Shown here in pieces: positions 39,365 through 49,653 of a stretch of 64,000 nucleotides of DNA (position 1 is the first letter of the stretch; each line of letters begins with the position of its first letter). The position numbers were made by a program, and so were the translations under genes. The notes beneath the pieces are model-generated. The model saw only the letters and a program-made list of their open reading frames with translations, searched no databases and was not told where the DNA came from. This stretch comes from a virus. Location of the stretch: the IMG/VR virus record IMGVR_UViG_3300046660_000513, positions 12,252-76,251 of that record, one strand, 5' to 3'.

Positions 39365-40186
39365 CTACTCCAGTTCAAGCCGCCCACCGGGGACCTCGGT
39401 CTGACCTACCATCGCCTGCCGACCGGCAACGGTTCCGTGGTCCCAGCCGTCGGTACTCCACTGACCGCCTGAACGGGCACTCCGGAGTTTGAGATCTTCG
39501 AACATCCGGGCAATCCGGGCTGCGGTGTCGACAAGAACGACCTGGTATCCCCGGCCTGCCTCCTGGACGGCATCCGCCCGCTTGAGCCGGATCCGCTCGG
39601 CTGCTTCTACGTAGAACGCCAGGCAGAACGACCTACGCCGCGCGCGGATCTCGGAGTTGAGGTGCCGCACGAAGTCCTTGGGGTCTGCCCCGTCGTTCTT
39701 CATGGCTGTGATGAGGCGTTGGATGTGGGTGATGGACGGGTCTTGCCGGGTCTCCGCGATGTACTTGATGTTCGCGTTGACTTCTTGCAGCATCAGGGAC
39801 GGGAGCAGCACCTTGAGAATTTCCATGGTCGACTCGGTGGCGTAGGCGACGAGTTCCTCTTGCTCTCCCTTCTTTCCGTATGGGATGCGACGGGCGTATC
39901 CTCGGCCGCCCATGGCCTCCAGTACTTCGATGACGCCGTAGCCCCGGGTCGTGTTGAGGCCGTAGGACGTCGGGTAGGTGAAGGTGTGGATGACGATGTC
40001 TTCCCGCTGGTATTGCCCGTTGTGCGGGTTCAGCTTCGTGGCGTCGACCCGGTGTTTGTTCGCGAGCCGGTACACCCGGTCCATGGCGAGATCGCGCTCA
40101 TCCTGCGACGTACCGGGGTCTTCGGCGAGACGGAGCAGGGATTCGATCTGTTCCCGGATGCGCTCGGGGCTCGTGTTCTTGGCCAT
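39365..40186 (-). CDS. DUF2786-like domain protein
   Basis: N-terminal I..LL.LAE..T..E...A......L..K motif. Confidence 0.6.
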   Translation of the reverse strand: MAKNTSPERIREQIESLLRLAEDPGTSQDERDLAMDRVYRLANKHRVDATKLNPHNGQYQREDIVIHTFTYPTSYGLNTTRGYGVIEVLEAMGGRGYARRIPYGKKGEQEELVAYATESTMEILKVLLPSLMLQEVNANIKYIAETRQDPSITHIQRLITAMKNDGADPKDFVRHLNSEIRARRRSFCLAFYVEAAERIRLKRADAVQEAGRGYQVVLVDTAARIARMFEDLKLRSARSGGQWSTDGWDHGTVAGRQAMVGQTEVPGGRLELE

Positions 40187-40325
40187 GGTTCCTCGGAAGT
40201 GATGGGGGTTAGTTACCCCAGAGTACCAGGATAGATAGATCTTGAAATAGGTGTTGTAGATCTTCCCGGGGGCGTGCTAGTGTAGATACATCGCAAGACG
40301 GAGACACCAAACCGAGGAGACTTCC

Positions 40326-40820
40326 GTGGCCACCACCTTCGCCCCCAAGATGATCAGCCCCAAGCAGTCCGCCTACATCGCCTCCCTCATCGAGTCGCGC
40401 ACGGCGCCCCAGGGTCTGATCGGGCGATTCACGGAGGACATGACCGCGACGTCGGCGTCGGACCTGATCGAGAAGCTCCTCAAGTGCCCGTGGAAGAACG
40501 ACAAGCCCCAGGTCAAGAAGTCGCCGAAGGTCACGGAGATCGTTCCCGAGGGCTTCTACTGCCACGACGAGAAGTACTACAAGGTCCAGACCTCCAAGAC
40601 CTCGGGCAAGCGCTACGCGAAGATCTGGACCGGCAAGAGCTGGAGCTACAACGCGGGCGGGATCTACCAGCTGACCTTGGCCGACAAGATGACGGCTGAG
40701 CAGGCCAAGAAGTTCGGCAAGAAGACAGGCAACTGCATTTGCTGCGGCCGACTCCTTACCGTCAAGGCTTCGGTTGAAGCGGGAATTGGGCCCGTATGCG
40801 CTGAAAAGTACGGATTCTAA
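40326..40820 (+). CDS. DUF6011-like zinc-binding protein
   Basis: G.C..CGR.LT...SV..GIGPVC; motif at 40276. Confidence 0.75.
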   Translation: MATTFAPKMISPKQSAYIASLIESRTAPQGLIGRFTEDMTATSASDLIEKLLKCPWKNDKPQVKKSPKVTEIVPEGFYCHDEKYYKVQTSKTSGKRYAKIWTGKSWSYNAGGIYQLTLADKMTAEQAKKFGKKTGNCICCGRLLTVKASVEAGIGPVCAEKYGF

Positions 40821-41206
40821 CCTAGATGTTCTATTCGGGAAGGGCTCTCGGGCCCTTCCCACCTTCATAGGAGACACCATGCGTAAGCGCCTGTATGGGA
40901 CCCGATTCACCACCGGCTGCGGCCACTCCTGGCGCCGCCGCTACCCGAAGTGGACGGTCCGCGACCTGGGTGGGGCCTCCACCGACTGCGCGGCCTGCGG
41001 AGAGCTGCTGATGATCCCGGCCGAACAGTTCGAGGGCCAGAACCCCGCCGCGTTCCCGGTAAACGTACACATGCCCCTGTTCCACCTGTACCTCCACCAG
41101 CAGGACGCGCGGTGGCCTGCCGACGGCGGGGGAACCGGCTTCGCGGAGTTCTGATCCCAACTGGGGGCCTTCGGGCCCCCCTTTCACCCATTTGAGAGGA
41201 AACCCC

Positions 41207-41752
41207 ATGGAAGACATGATCAACTGGCCAGGCACTCTGGACTACGAGGACTCAGGGGAGGGCGGCCTGTTCGCCTGGATGATCGTGCCTGAGTTCATCA
41301 GTTCCGGCGAGGCGTACGGCGCCAACGTCTACGGCAACAACTGCCACGTGGACGTGGACGCGTACCTGTCCCGGCCCCGGGTCATGCTCAAGTCCCCCGA
41401 CGTGTGCGTGAGTCCCGAGGGGCGCAAGGTATTCGAGCCGTACAACCACCGGGACAGCTGGTTCAACCAGTCCATGAGGCTGGACCGAATGGTTCGGGAG
41501 TATCTGGGGGAGGACCGGGAGCGCGGGTTGCGGCAGGGTCTGATTCAGTCGCTCGGCGCGGACGACATCAGTGTTCCGATGCTGGCGTCCGTGTTCCTCG
41601 GGTCGACGGGCCAGAGCCTCTACAGCCACCGTCAGGGCGGTTACTTCGCGGTGACGAAGAACGATCTGACCCTGAACGGGAAGACGCTGTATAACGCGTT
41701 CCAGCAGGCGTTCGGCGTCGATCCGATCATCCTGACGTTTTTGGACACATGA
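41207..41752 (+). CDS. hypothetical protein
   Basis: GAGG RBS. Confidence 0.65.
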   Translation: MEDMINWPGTLDYEDSGEGGLFAWMIVPEFISSGEAYGANVYGNNCHVDVDAYLSRPRVMLKSPDVCVSPEGRKVFEPYNHRDSWFNQSMRLDRMVREYLGEDRERGLRQGLIQSLGADDISVPMLASVFLGSTGQSLYSHRQGGYFAVTKNDLTLNGKTLYNAFQQAFGVDPIILTFLDT

Positions 41753-41822
41753 CCGTACCGGGGAGGGGGCCATTTGCGGTTCCCCTCCCCGTTCGCTAGG
41801 GTAGATATAACCCAACCCGGAG

Positions 41823-43058
41823 ATGATCATGGCCGACTTTTCTAAGCACCAAACCGAATCGGACATCAGGCAGGAGATGCGACGGCTCCAGTCGGACCGG
41901 ATCCGGACGAAGAGGGCTCTCAAGGACGCGGCCCAGGGGATGCGAGCCCGTCCGGGCCTGGCTCCCCCGCAAAGCATGATGGACATGTTCCCCCACGCCA
42001 CACACCCGTGGACGGCTGCCAAGTTTGTATCCGAGCTGGAACGCCGACACTTCGGAGCGGTCGAGTGGCTCGAAAATGCCGGATGGGAGCCGGTCGCTGA
42101 TGCCTTGCTCGGGGATGACGGGAAGATGCCCGAGGTTCCCATGACGGTGAGTTCCGTCCTCCAGTATCACCTTCAGATGACCGCGCAGGAGGTCGCAGTA
42201 CACCGCCTGTGGGGGCGATACAAGGTCGTGTTCGATGTCCACCCCGGGCTCACCCGTCATCTGCGGTCGTCCAGCAGCGACAAGTTCCCGCCGATGGTGC
42301 TCCAGAGCCTGACCCACATCAACCCGGTGGTGTTCCTGGAAGAGCCGGTAAGCCTGCGGGACTCGGCAGGCAAACCGGTCCGGTTGATCGGCTGGTACGT
42401 CGCGGGCATGAGTGCGCGTAAGGGGTATATCGACACCACTGATCCGCGCGCGCAGTCGTTTCATCTGACCACCATCTCTGAGGTGCTGAGCCAGGACGAA
42501 AAGGAAGTGATCGACTGGGACCACTGCCGGATCACGCTGCCCGTCACGGGATCTGACGCCACGGTGGGCGAACTCATTGAGCAGGCCCTCGATGCGTTCC
42601 AGTGGGACCCCACAGTGTCCGGGCAGACCCAGGAATTGCAGCGACAGTTCATCTCGGACTTGCTGTACGTGGCCGTGCCGCACATGTTGTACCTCGTGTC
42701 CCAGGGGCTGGAGACCCAGCCGAAGCCGTTCCACACCCCGGCGGCACCGAAGAAAAACAGCTGGGAAAAGAAGCGAGGTGGCGGAAAGGTGATCCGGCAG
42801 CTGGTGGGGTTCCGTACGGGACCCGCGCTGGCGGCCATGGACCGTTGGGGGGACGACGTTTCAGAGAGCCGTGAACCCCGGGGGCTTCAGGGGCTGCGGA
42901 GGTCTCCTGTGGCGCATATGAGGCGGGCGCACTTTCACACGTTCCTGGCGGGTCCCCGGGATGCGCCGGAGCGCGAGAAGCGGGTGAAGTGGCTTCCTCC
43001 GATTCCGGTCAACGCGGAGGGTTCGCCTACGGAGACCGTGGCGGTGAAGATCAAGTAG
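41823..43058 (+). CDS. hypothetical phage protein (C-terminal H.RR.H.H motif)
   Basis: Long ORF, motif at 41795. Confidence 0.75.
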   Translation: MIMADFSKHQTESDIRQEMRRLQSDRIRTKRALKDAAQGMRARPGLAPPQSMMDMFPHATHPWTAAKFVSELERRHFGAVEWLENAGWEPVADALLGDDGKMPEVPMTVSSVLQYHLQMTAQEVAVHRLWGRYKVVFDVHPGLTRHLRSSSSDKFPPMVLQSLTHINPVVFLEEPVSLRDSAGKPVRLIGWYVAGMSARKGYIDTTDPRAQSFHLTTISEVLSQDEKEVIDWDHCRITLPVTGSDATVGELIEQALDAFQWDPTVSGQTQELQRQFISDLLYVAVPHMLYLVSQGLETQPKPFHTPAAPKKNSWEKKRGGGKVIRQLVGFRTGPALAAMDRWGDDVSESREPRGLQGLRRSPVAHMRRAHFHTFLAGPRDAPEREKRVKWLPPIPVNAEGSPTETVAVKIK

Positions 43059-43138
43059 GACTGGGGGAGGGGACACTTGATGTCCCCTCCCCCTAGTGTT
43101 AGGGTAGATACAACGTAATCGACCGAGGAGACGGCCCC

Positions 43139-43384
43139 ATGACCGCACGTAAGACGGACTACTCCACCACCCGCCCGGACGGCATGGAGTTCATCTGTAA
43201 CCGGTGGGTATTCGCTGGTGACAAGGGCTACCGCGTCAAGCCCAACGACGACGGTCACGGCGACGACGGCACGTTCAACGTGTACTCGTACGCGCACACG
43301 CAGGAGCGAGTGGTCGGCACCTTCGGCATGAACTTGACAGAGGACGCGGCGCACGAACTGGCCGCGTCCCTCGCAAAGCGTTAG
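43139..43384 (+). CDS. hypothetical protein
   Basis: GAGGAG RBS, motif at 43098. Confidence 0.7.
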   Translation: MTARKTDYSTTRPDGMEFICNRWVFAGDKGYRVKPNDDGHGDDGTFNVYSYAHTQERVVGTFGMNLTEDAAHELAASLAKR

Positions 43385-43447
43385 AGCCCGGATACGCCGA
43401 AGGGGCGGAGAGTCGGAAGACTCCCGCCCCTTCGGCGTGCATACGGC

Positions 43448-43981
43448 TTAGTAGTTGCCGTTGCTGAGGATCTCGCCGGTCTTGTCATACACCGTGACGA
43501 GACCGTTCTTGCTGTCCTTGCCCCGGCTGGTCTGCCAGTCGGTGAACGCACTGGCAAGCAGCTTGCCGTCACTCCCGTGCGGGCCCATCAGACCGCCGCT
43601 GTAGTCGGTGTAAATGTCGGCGGTGTCCAGGATGTCGTTCTTCTTGTCGGCACCCTGGATCTTGGTGACGTGCTTCACGGCGGCCTGCTCGGTGGCGGTC
43701 CCGTTCTTGTTCACGTACGCCTTGAACGCCTGCACCGGGGTTTGTGCGGGCGCCGCGTCCTTGCCAGCGGTCAGGGTCGGCCGGGCGTTGTGGGAGGGAG
43801 CGGAGTCGTCTGACGTGCCCTTGCTGCCGTTGGAAGAAGCGGCGACCGCGACAACCCCGACTGCGACAAAGCCGATGAAGGCGTACAGGCAGCCCTTGCC
43901 CTTGCGCTTCTTCGGCTCCGGCTGCGGCGCGTACTGCGGCGCGGGGTACTGGGGCGGCTGCTGCGGTTCCTGCTGAGACAT
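43448..43981 (-). CDS. membrane-anchored extracytoplasmic protein
   Basis: PQ-rich N-terminus, KKRKGKGC + TM helix; stop TAA is the reverse complement of TTA at 43448. Confidence 0.75.
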   Translation of the reverse strand: MSQQEPQQPPQYPAPQYAPQPEPKKRKGKGCLYAFIGFVAVGVVAVAASSNGSKGTSDDSAPSHNARPTLTAGKDAAPAQTPVQAFKAYVNKNGTATEQAAVKHVTKIQGADKKNDILDTADIYTDYSGGLMGPHGSDGKLLASAFTDWQTSRGKDSKNGLVTVYDKTGEILSNGNY

Positions 43982-44216
43982 GCGGGGTTCCCCCTGAGGT
44001 GAGTTGGGGCCTGCGGGCGCATGGCGGCACAACAGGCGGAGAGCAGCATACGGTATTGACCGAGGCCGTTCAATCTACCCTCTCACCCCGAGCCATTTGC
44101 AGGCCTATTTGCAGGACTTGTTGTAGGCTCCCGTAAACGTGATCGGTAAGCTACCGTGAACATCACCGAACACAATCAGGCCTCATATGCCGGACCTGTA
44201 GCACCTGTAGGGGATC

Positions 44217-44483
44217 ATGAGCCTCATAGACGATCTGGTGAGCATCGAATCCCGGCGCGGTACCTATCCCGGGCCGCAGTGCACCGTCGCAAAGATCATG
44301 GGACAGATCAGCGAAGACGACCGCGCCCAGTTGTGCCGGGTCCTGGACAACCCCGACGTCCCCGGGTCTGTCATCGCCGGGGCTCTTACCCGCAACGGGT
44401 ATCCCGTCGCCGACAAAACGGTTCTGCGCCATCGCAAGCGTGGTACGTCCTCCGGCTGCCACTGCCCCAAGGAAGACGCGTGA
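44217..44483 (+). CDS. small conserved phage protein, first gene of packaging-side operon
   Basis: C...HR..G..C.C motif, coupled to next gene. Confidence 0.65.
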   Translation: MSLIDDLVSIESRRGTYPGPQCTVAKIMGQISEDDRAQLCRVLDNPDVPGSVIAGALTRNGYPVADKTVLRHRKRGTSSGCHCPKEDA

Positions 44484-45730
44484 GCAGCGGTCTCTCCGGC
44501 GACCTGGAGGCCTTACTGCGCCTCCCCGTCGGTCAAGCGGGACCCTCCAGCACCGGACACGTCCCCACAGCCGCTGTCGGCCGGGAATGGCAGCCCGGAG
44601 TCGCATTCAACGCTGACGGGGCCATGACCGTCGTCACCGCCCCCACCACGACCAGCCCGCAAGACCCCCAGGCCTGGAAAGCTGCCGTCGAAGAACTCGG
44701 CCTCGCAGTCCCCGAAGGCTGGACCGTCCAGCTTGCCGAAGCCAAGTACGATCCAGCCGCCTGGCACCGGGACGCCCAGGGCGAAGAAGCCGTCACCCGG
44801 CCGGTATGGCGGCTGAAGTTCCGGGTTGCTCCGTCCTCTCTGGCCGGGTACGGCGCGGAGGATGTCGCGACGATGGTTCGGGACGCCATGCGCATCAAAC
44901 GCACCCCACGGCCCCCTGTAGCCCCGTCTCGGGGCCTTGTAGTCGCCTACTCCGACCCCCAGACGGGCAAAGTCGACCGCAGGGGCGGCACGCCAGAGCT
45001 GATCGCCCGCATCGCGGAGAAGTTCGACCGGCTCCAGGACCACGTCAGAGACCTCAAGACCCTCGGCCGTCCGGTGGACTCCGCCTACTGGATGGATGCC
45101 GGGGACTGCGTCGAAGGTCAGCAGAACGTCGCCTCGCAGCTTGCCACGAACGATCTGACCATGACGGAAATGGTCCGGCTGCACCGCAGGCTGACGTTCG
45201 ATGGACTGTCTCGGCTGGCCCGGCAGTTCGACTCCGTAACGGCTGCGGTGTGCGCGTCCAACCACGCCCAGCACCGCATCAACGGCAAGGTCGTCGGACC
45301 GCCGTCCGACGACTGGGGCATCGAGACGATGCAGCAGGTTGCCGACGCCTTCAACTGCAACCCGGACTCCTTCGGTCACGTCAAGTTCATCCTGCCTGAG
45401 AAATGGGAGGAGACCGTGAGCGTGGACGTCGCCGGAACAGTCGTAGGTCTTTCCCACGGTCACCAGGTGCGTGGTCCCGGCAAGGTTGTGGACTGGTGGC
45501 GCGGCCAGACGTTCGGAGAGCAGCCGGTAGCCGCCGCGAAAATCCTTCTGACCGGGCATTTCCACCACTTCCGGGCGGAAGAGGTCGGCTCCGGCAAGCT
45601 GTGGGTACAAGCCCCGGCCCTGGACAACGGGTCTTCCTGGTACGCCAATCGCACCGGCGACGACTCCCGGGCGGGTCTGCTGGTGTTCTCCGTAGGTGCG
45701 GACGGCTGGTCCGACCTTGTCATTCTCTGA
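44480..45730 (+). CDS. metallophosphoesterase-like (Mre11-like) protein
   Basis: SDPQ.GK, GD.VEG, SNH, HGH, GHFHH motifs. Confidence 0.8.
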   Translation: MSSGLSGDLEALLRLPVGQAGPSSTGHVPTAAVGREWQPGVAFNADGAMTVVTAPTTTSPQDPQAWKAAVEELGLAVPEGWTVQLAEAKYDPAAWHRDAQGEEAVTRPVWRLKFRVAPSSLAGYGAEDVATMVRDAMRIKRTPRPPVAPSRGLVVAYSDPQTGKVDRRGGTPELIARIAEKFDRLQDHVRDLKTLGRPVDSAYWMDAGDCVEGQQNVASQLATNDLTMTEMVRLHRRLTFDGLSRLARQFDSVTAAVCASNHAQHRINGKVVGPPSDDWGIETMQQVADAFNCNPDSFGHVKFILPEKWEETVSVDVAGTVVGLSHGHQVRGPGKVVDWWRGQTFGEQPVAAAKILLTGHFHHFRAEEVGSGKLWVQAPALDNGSSWYANRTGDDSRAGLLVFSVGADGWSDLVIL

Positions 45731-45744
45731 GAGGGGTATCCGCT

Positions 45745-46074
45745 GTGTCTCATGACGACGCTGAATCCGAGGGCGAAGAGCTGGCGCTCCCTCCGGGGAT
45801 GCTGCCCCTGATCCAGATCCAGGAACCGGAGGGCGACGCACTTCGGTGGACCCCCACCACGTTCTTGATTGACCTGTTCATGGCGTTCGCCGGGGTGCTG
45901 GAAGCCATCGCCGGTTTCTACGGAGACCAGGCACGCTCCCTCGCCGCGCGGGCCTCCCTCAAGGAAGAGCTGAAGGACCGGGACATCCGGCAGCGCATCA
46001 AGACGGAGGAACGTCTCCGGATGCAGCTGCACACCCTGGAGGACATCTCGTACTTACCCGAGGCCCAAGAGTGA
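45745..46074 (+). CDS. hypothetical protein
   Basis: GAGGGG RBS, GTG start. Confidence 0.55.
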   Translation: MSHDDAESEGEELALPPGMLPLIQIQEPEGDALRWTPTTFLIDLFMAFAGVLEAIAGFYGDQARSLAARASLKEELKDRDIRQRIKTEERLRMQLHTLEDISYLPEAQE

Positions 46075-46248
46075 TAGCCTAGTTCTCCGCAGTCAGGATC
46101 GCACCCCATGGCGGTCAGGTCTGCTTCCACGAACCCCGGTCTCTTACGAGCAGACCGGGGTTTCGTCATTTCCGGCATTCCCCCAGCTCTTGACTGTTCC
46201 GTACAATGATCAGACAAGTGAGCATTGACCGGGGAAAGAGGATAAGGC

Positions 46249-47955
46249 GTGGCGCGTAACGCATGGGCGGACAGACTCGCCACGCTCTACGAATTACAGG
46301 CGAAAAAGGACTCCCACCGGAACCCCGCCGTATGGGTAAACGACATCCTCGGCGAAGACATGTGGTCCATGCAGACCGCCATTTGCGAGAGTGTCCGGGA
46401 CCACCGATTCACAGCCGTCCAGTCCTGCCACGCCGCAGGCAAGTCCCACCTTGCCTCCCGCCTCTCAGCCTGGTGGATCGCCACCACACCCATGGAAGAA
46501 GTCTTCCTCGTCACCACGGCGCCCACCGCCCGTCAGGTGGCCTCCATCCTCTGGCGCTATATCCAGCGCGCCCACAACCTCGCCAAAGAGCGCGGATTCA
46601 CCATCCCCGGCCAGATCCTCTCCTCGCCGATCCCGTCCTGGAAAATCAACGGTGAACTAGTCGGCATCGGGCAGAAGCCGCCGGACAAGGAAGACTCGGC
46701 CTTCCAGGGTTTCCACGCCGAAAAGATCCTCGTTGTCATCGACGAAGCGTGCGGCGTCGACCGGTCCATCTGGGACGCCGTGGACTCCCTCGTCACCAAC
46801 GAGTCGTCCCGGGTCCTCGCCATCGGGAACCCCACCGACCCCGCGTCACACTTCCGGCAGGTGTGCTCCCCTGAGTCCCCGCTAGGCGAGAAATGGAACA
46901 AGATCCGCATCGACGCCCTGCGGTCCCCGCTGATGACCGAAGAGGCCTGCTCCCGGTACCCCCGCCTGGTGGAGTACATGAAGGAGGAAGGGATCCCCTT
47001 CGCCACCGAAGAGGTCTCCCCGACGCTCCAGAAGACGCTGGTGGGCCCGACCTGGGTCTATGAATCCATGGTGGGCTGGGGCAAAGACTCCAGCCTGTTC
47101 AAGTCCAAAGTGCGGGCCGAGTTCCCCGAAACGTCCTCCGAGGGCGTTATCCCGCTGGCCTGGGCAGAAGCCGCCATGGCCCGGTGGGAGAAATGGCGGG
47201 ACGGGACCTACATCATCGACCCGGACACCGAAGAACCCGTGTGCCTGATCGAACCGCGCGCCCAGCAGATCGGCGAGATCGTCATCGGTGCGGACATCTC
47301 CGACGGCGGCGAGGATGAGACAGTCGCCGCGATCCGGCAGGGCGAGGTGATCCGTGAACTGATCGCGTTCCCCTCCAAGGACCCGCTGACCACCGCAGAC
47401 GACCTCCAGGTGATCGCGGCCAAGCACGGGGCCCCGACGAACGCCAAGTACATCGTGGACGGTATCGGCGTCGGCTCCGGTGTCGTGGCCAAGCTGCGCC
47501 GGGACTCCCAGGACACGTACGCGTTCATCGCGGCGGCCAACAGCGGTCGCAAGGACACCACCCAGAAAATGTCGTTCATCAACGACAGGGCGGCGGCCTG
47601 GTGGAACCTGCGCGAGATTCTGAACCCGGCCCGTAAGGGCGGCGCTGTTGCCGCGTTCCCCCGGGACGACAAGCTGCTTGCGGAACTGACCTGCCCCCGG
47701 TTCGACACACAGCCCGGTACCCCGAAGTACAAAATCGAGAAGAAGGAAGACATCAGAACCCGGCTGGGGCGGTCGACCGACCGGGCAGACGCCGTGATTC
47801 AGGCGTTCTGGCTGCCTTCTGCGGTACCGGGCCCTGAGGAATTGAAGGACAACGCCTGGAAGGCTTCCGAGGAACGCTACATCGGCAACGATGATTCAGA
47901 GGCCGTGGTGGAAAAGTGGGATACGGCCTCGGATATGGAACTCTCAGGCTGGTAA
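46249..47955 (+). CDS. terL: terminase large subunit
   Basis: SCHAAGKS Walker A, TAPT, VIDEA Walker B, IGNP, GADIS..G.D nuclease, S.DRADA. Confidence 0.92.
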   Translation: MARNAWADRLATLYELQAKKDSHRNPAVWVNDILGEDMWSMQTAICESVRDHRFTAVQSCHAAGKSHLASRLSAWWIATTPMEEVFLVTTAPTARQVASILWRYIQRAHNLAKERGFTIPGQILSSPIPSWKINGELVGIGQKPPDKEDSAFQGFHAEKILVVIDEACGVDRSIWDAVDSLVTNESSRVLAIGNPTDPASHFRQVCSPESPLGEKWNKIRIDALRSPLMTEEACSRYPRLVEYMKEEGIPFATEEVSPTLQKTLVGPTWVYESMVGWGKDSSLFKSKVRAEFPETSSEGVIPLAWAEAAMARWEKWRDGTYIIDPDTEEPVCLIEPRAQQIGEIVIGADISDGGEDETVAAIRQGEVIRELIAFPSKDPLTTADDLQVIAAKHGAPTNAKYIVDGIGVGSGVVAKLRRDSQDTYAFIAAANSGRKDTTQKMSFINDRAAAWWNLREILNPARKGGAVAAFPRDDKLLAELTCPRFDTQPGTPKYKIEKKEDIRTRLGRSTDRADAVIQAFWLPSAVPGPEELKDNAWKASEERYIGNDDSEAVVEKWDTASDMELSGW

Positions 47956-48012
47956 GGCGAAAATCCTGAATGTTAGCATAAGCCGGACAGATGCATAGAC
48001 TAGGGGAGCACC

Positions 48013-49569
48013 GTGGCGGATGAGCAGTTAAATGGCAGCGACCTGCCTGCGGGCAGCGCGCTTGCCAATTATGCCTCGGACTACCTGAACAAACCCCTGA
48101 CCAAGACCGTCAACGGCGCCCCTGATGTAATCCTGGACGCCGAAGAAGGCAGCCTCTACACCTGGGCCGACTCCCTCGCCGCATCGTGGTCCGGCATACC
48201 CGGACGCATCCTCCTCGACGAGAATGAATTCGAAAGCCTCTCGTTCGATGAAATGCTCAGCCGGGACGGCAAGGCCCGCACCATTCAGCAGGTGCTCACC
48301 CTGCCCATCCGCTCCGCCCCGTGGAAAATCCTTCCGGGTCCCGGAGACAGCGGAGAGGCCGCCTTCGTACAGGCCGCGCTGACCAAGCCCGCCAACCAGG
48401 GGGGTATGAAGACCCCGATGCGGCTGCTCATCGCCCAGGCACTGTCCGCGCGCACGAACCGGAAAGCCTGTTTCGAGAAGGTCTTCACCGAACGGGACGG
48501 CAAGATCGTCTACGAGCGCCTCGCGTTCCGGCCCTCCCCGACGACAGCCATCGCCCGCGACCCGAAGACAGGGGCTTTCCGGGGGTTCCGGCAGCGCCCC
48601 GTAGCTGTGGGCGGTGAGATCTGGCCGGACATCTGGATCGACATCCCCGCGCAGTACTCCTGGGTGCACCTGAACAACCAGCACATCAACGCCGCGCGCG
48701 GGCACTCCGACATGGAACTGATCTACTGGCTGCACGACAAGAAGCAGAAAGTGCTGTTCCTTTGGGCGACGTTCCTGGAGGCGAACGCGCTCGGCCGCTA
48801 CGTGGTGCAGGCTGAGGATGAGACTCGGGCCAAGCAGTACGCACAGGCCCTGCGGTACGTCAAAAACGGCGGTGTCCTCGGCACTTCCAATGAGATCAAG
48901 GTAGAAACCCTGGAGCTGGGCACCGGTGCGGCCGGGCTGTTCAAGGACTTCATCGACTACCTGGACAACCAGATGGCGGCCTCGGTCCTCGCGGGGTTCA
49001 CCAACCTCCCGGACAGTCCCGGCGGTTCCTACGCGCTGTCCAAAGACCAGTCCGACTTCTTCCTCCAGTCCCTCACAGGTACCGCCAAGGAGCTGGCAGA
49101 GTCCATCACGAACTACGTGATCGCCGACCTGGTGATGTACAACTACGGGCCGAAGGGCGTTTGCCCGACCTTTGAGTTCGGTCCGCTGTCTGAGGGCGAC
49201 TTGGAGACGGTCAAGGCGCTGCTGCTCGGATTCGGCACAACGCCGACGGAACTCCGGGTGCCGCAGGCATTCATGACCGAGCTGACCAAGATGATGGGCA
49301 CCTATCTTGACATGCCCATGGATGAGGTCAACAAGGAATTCCAGCAGCTGGAAGAGCGCATCGACCAGCGAATGGACCTGGAGCTGGAGACAAAGAAGGC
49401 CGGTCTCGATGCCCAGAAGCAGATGGCCGCGCAGGGTGGTCCTCAGGCCGGAGCTGCGGTAGGCGCCGCGAATCAGCAGAAAAAAGCTGAGATGGCGAAG
49501 GCCGGGGCCAAGATCAACAAGGCTGCACAGATGGTCAAGCAAAAGGCCGCAGCCGCCAAGGGCAAATAA
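48013..49569 (+). CDS. portal protein (Mu gp29/DUF935-like)
   Basis: Position after TerL; FEKV, GSYALS, L..YNYG...P.F motifs. Confidence 0.85.
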   Translation: MADEQLNGSDLPAGSALANYASDYLNKPLTKTVNGAPDVILDAEEGSLYTWADSLAASWSGIPGRILLDENEFESLSFDEMLSRDGKARTIQQVLTLPIRSAPWKILPGPGDSGEAAFVQAALTKPANQGGMKTPMRLLIAQALSARTNRKACFEKVFTERDGKIVYERLAFRPSPTTAIARDPKTGAFRGFRQRPVAVGGEIWPDIWIDIPAQYSWVHLNNQHINAARGHSDMELIYWLHDKKQKVLFLWATFLEANALGRYVVQAEDETRAKQYAQALRYVKNGGVLGTSNEIKVETLELGTGAAGLFKDFIDYLDNQMAASVLAGFTNLPDSPGGSYALSKDQSDFFLQSLTGTAKELAESITNYVIADLVMYNYGPKGVCPTFEFGPLSEGDLETVKALLLGFGTTPTELRVPQAFMTELTKMMGTYLDMPMDEVNKEFQQLEERIDQRMDLELETKKAGLDAQKQMAAQGGPQAGAAVGAANQQKKAEMAKAGAKINKAAQMVKQKAAAAKGK

Positions 49570-49653
49570 AAAACCGAACCCCGCCAGGAGCCAAGCTCAA
49601 CCGGCGGGGTTCGATCACCCAACCACCCAAAATGGATATTACTGGGAGGGTGC

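Noticed and set aside
43448-44032. ORF track lists this ORF on the + strand
   Set aside because: The given protein reads from the minus strand (TTA at 43448 is the stop complement; CAT at 43979-43981 is the start), so it is annotated as minus.
44156-44479. N-terminal extension of the 524-aa ORF
   Set aside because: Overlaps the 44217-44483 gene; the coupled GTG at 44480 is the more plausible start.
45745-46074. Terminase small subunit call
   Set aside because: Position fits but no recognisable TerS/HTH motif, and a terminator-like hairpin separates it from terL.
49575-49620. GGGGTTCGATCACCC as another tRNA T-arm
   Set aside because: It is the 3' arm of a terminator-like hairpin (GAACCCCGCC...GGCGGGGTTC) after the portal; no acceptor stem.
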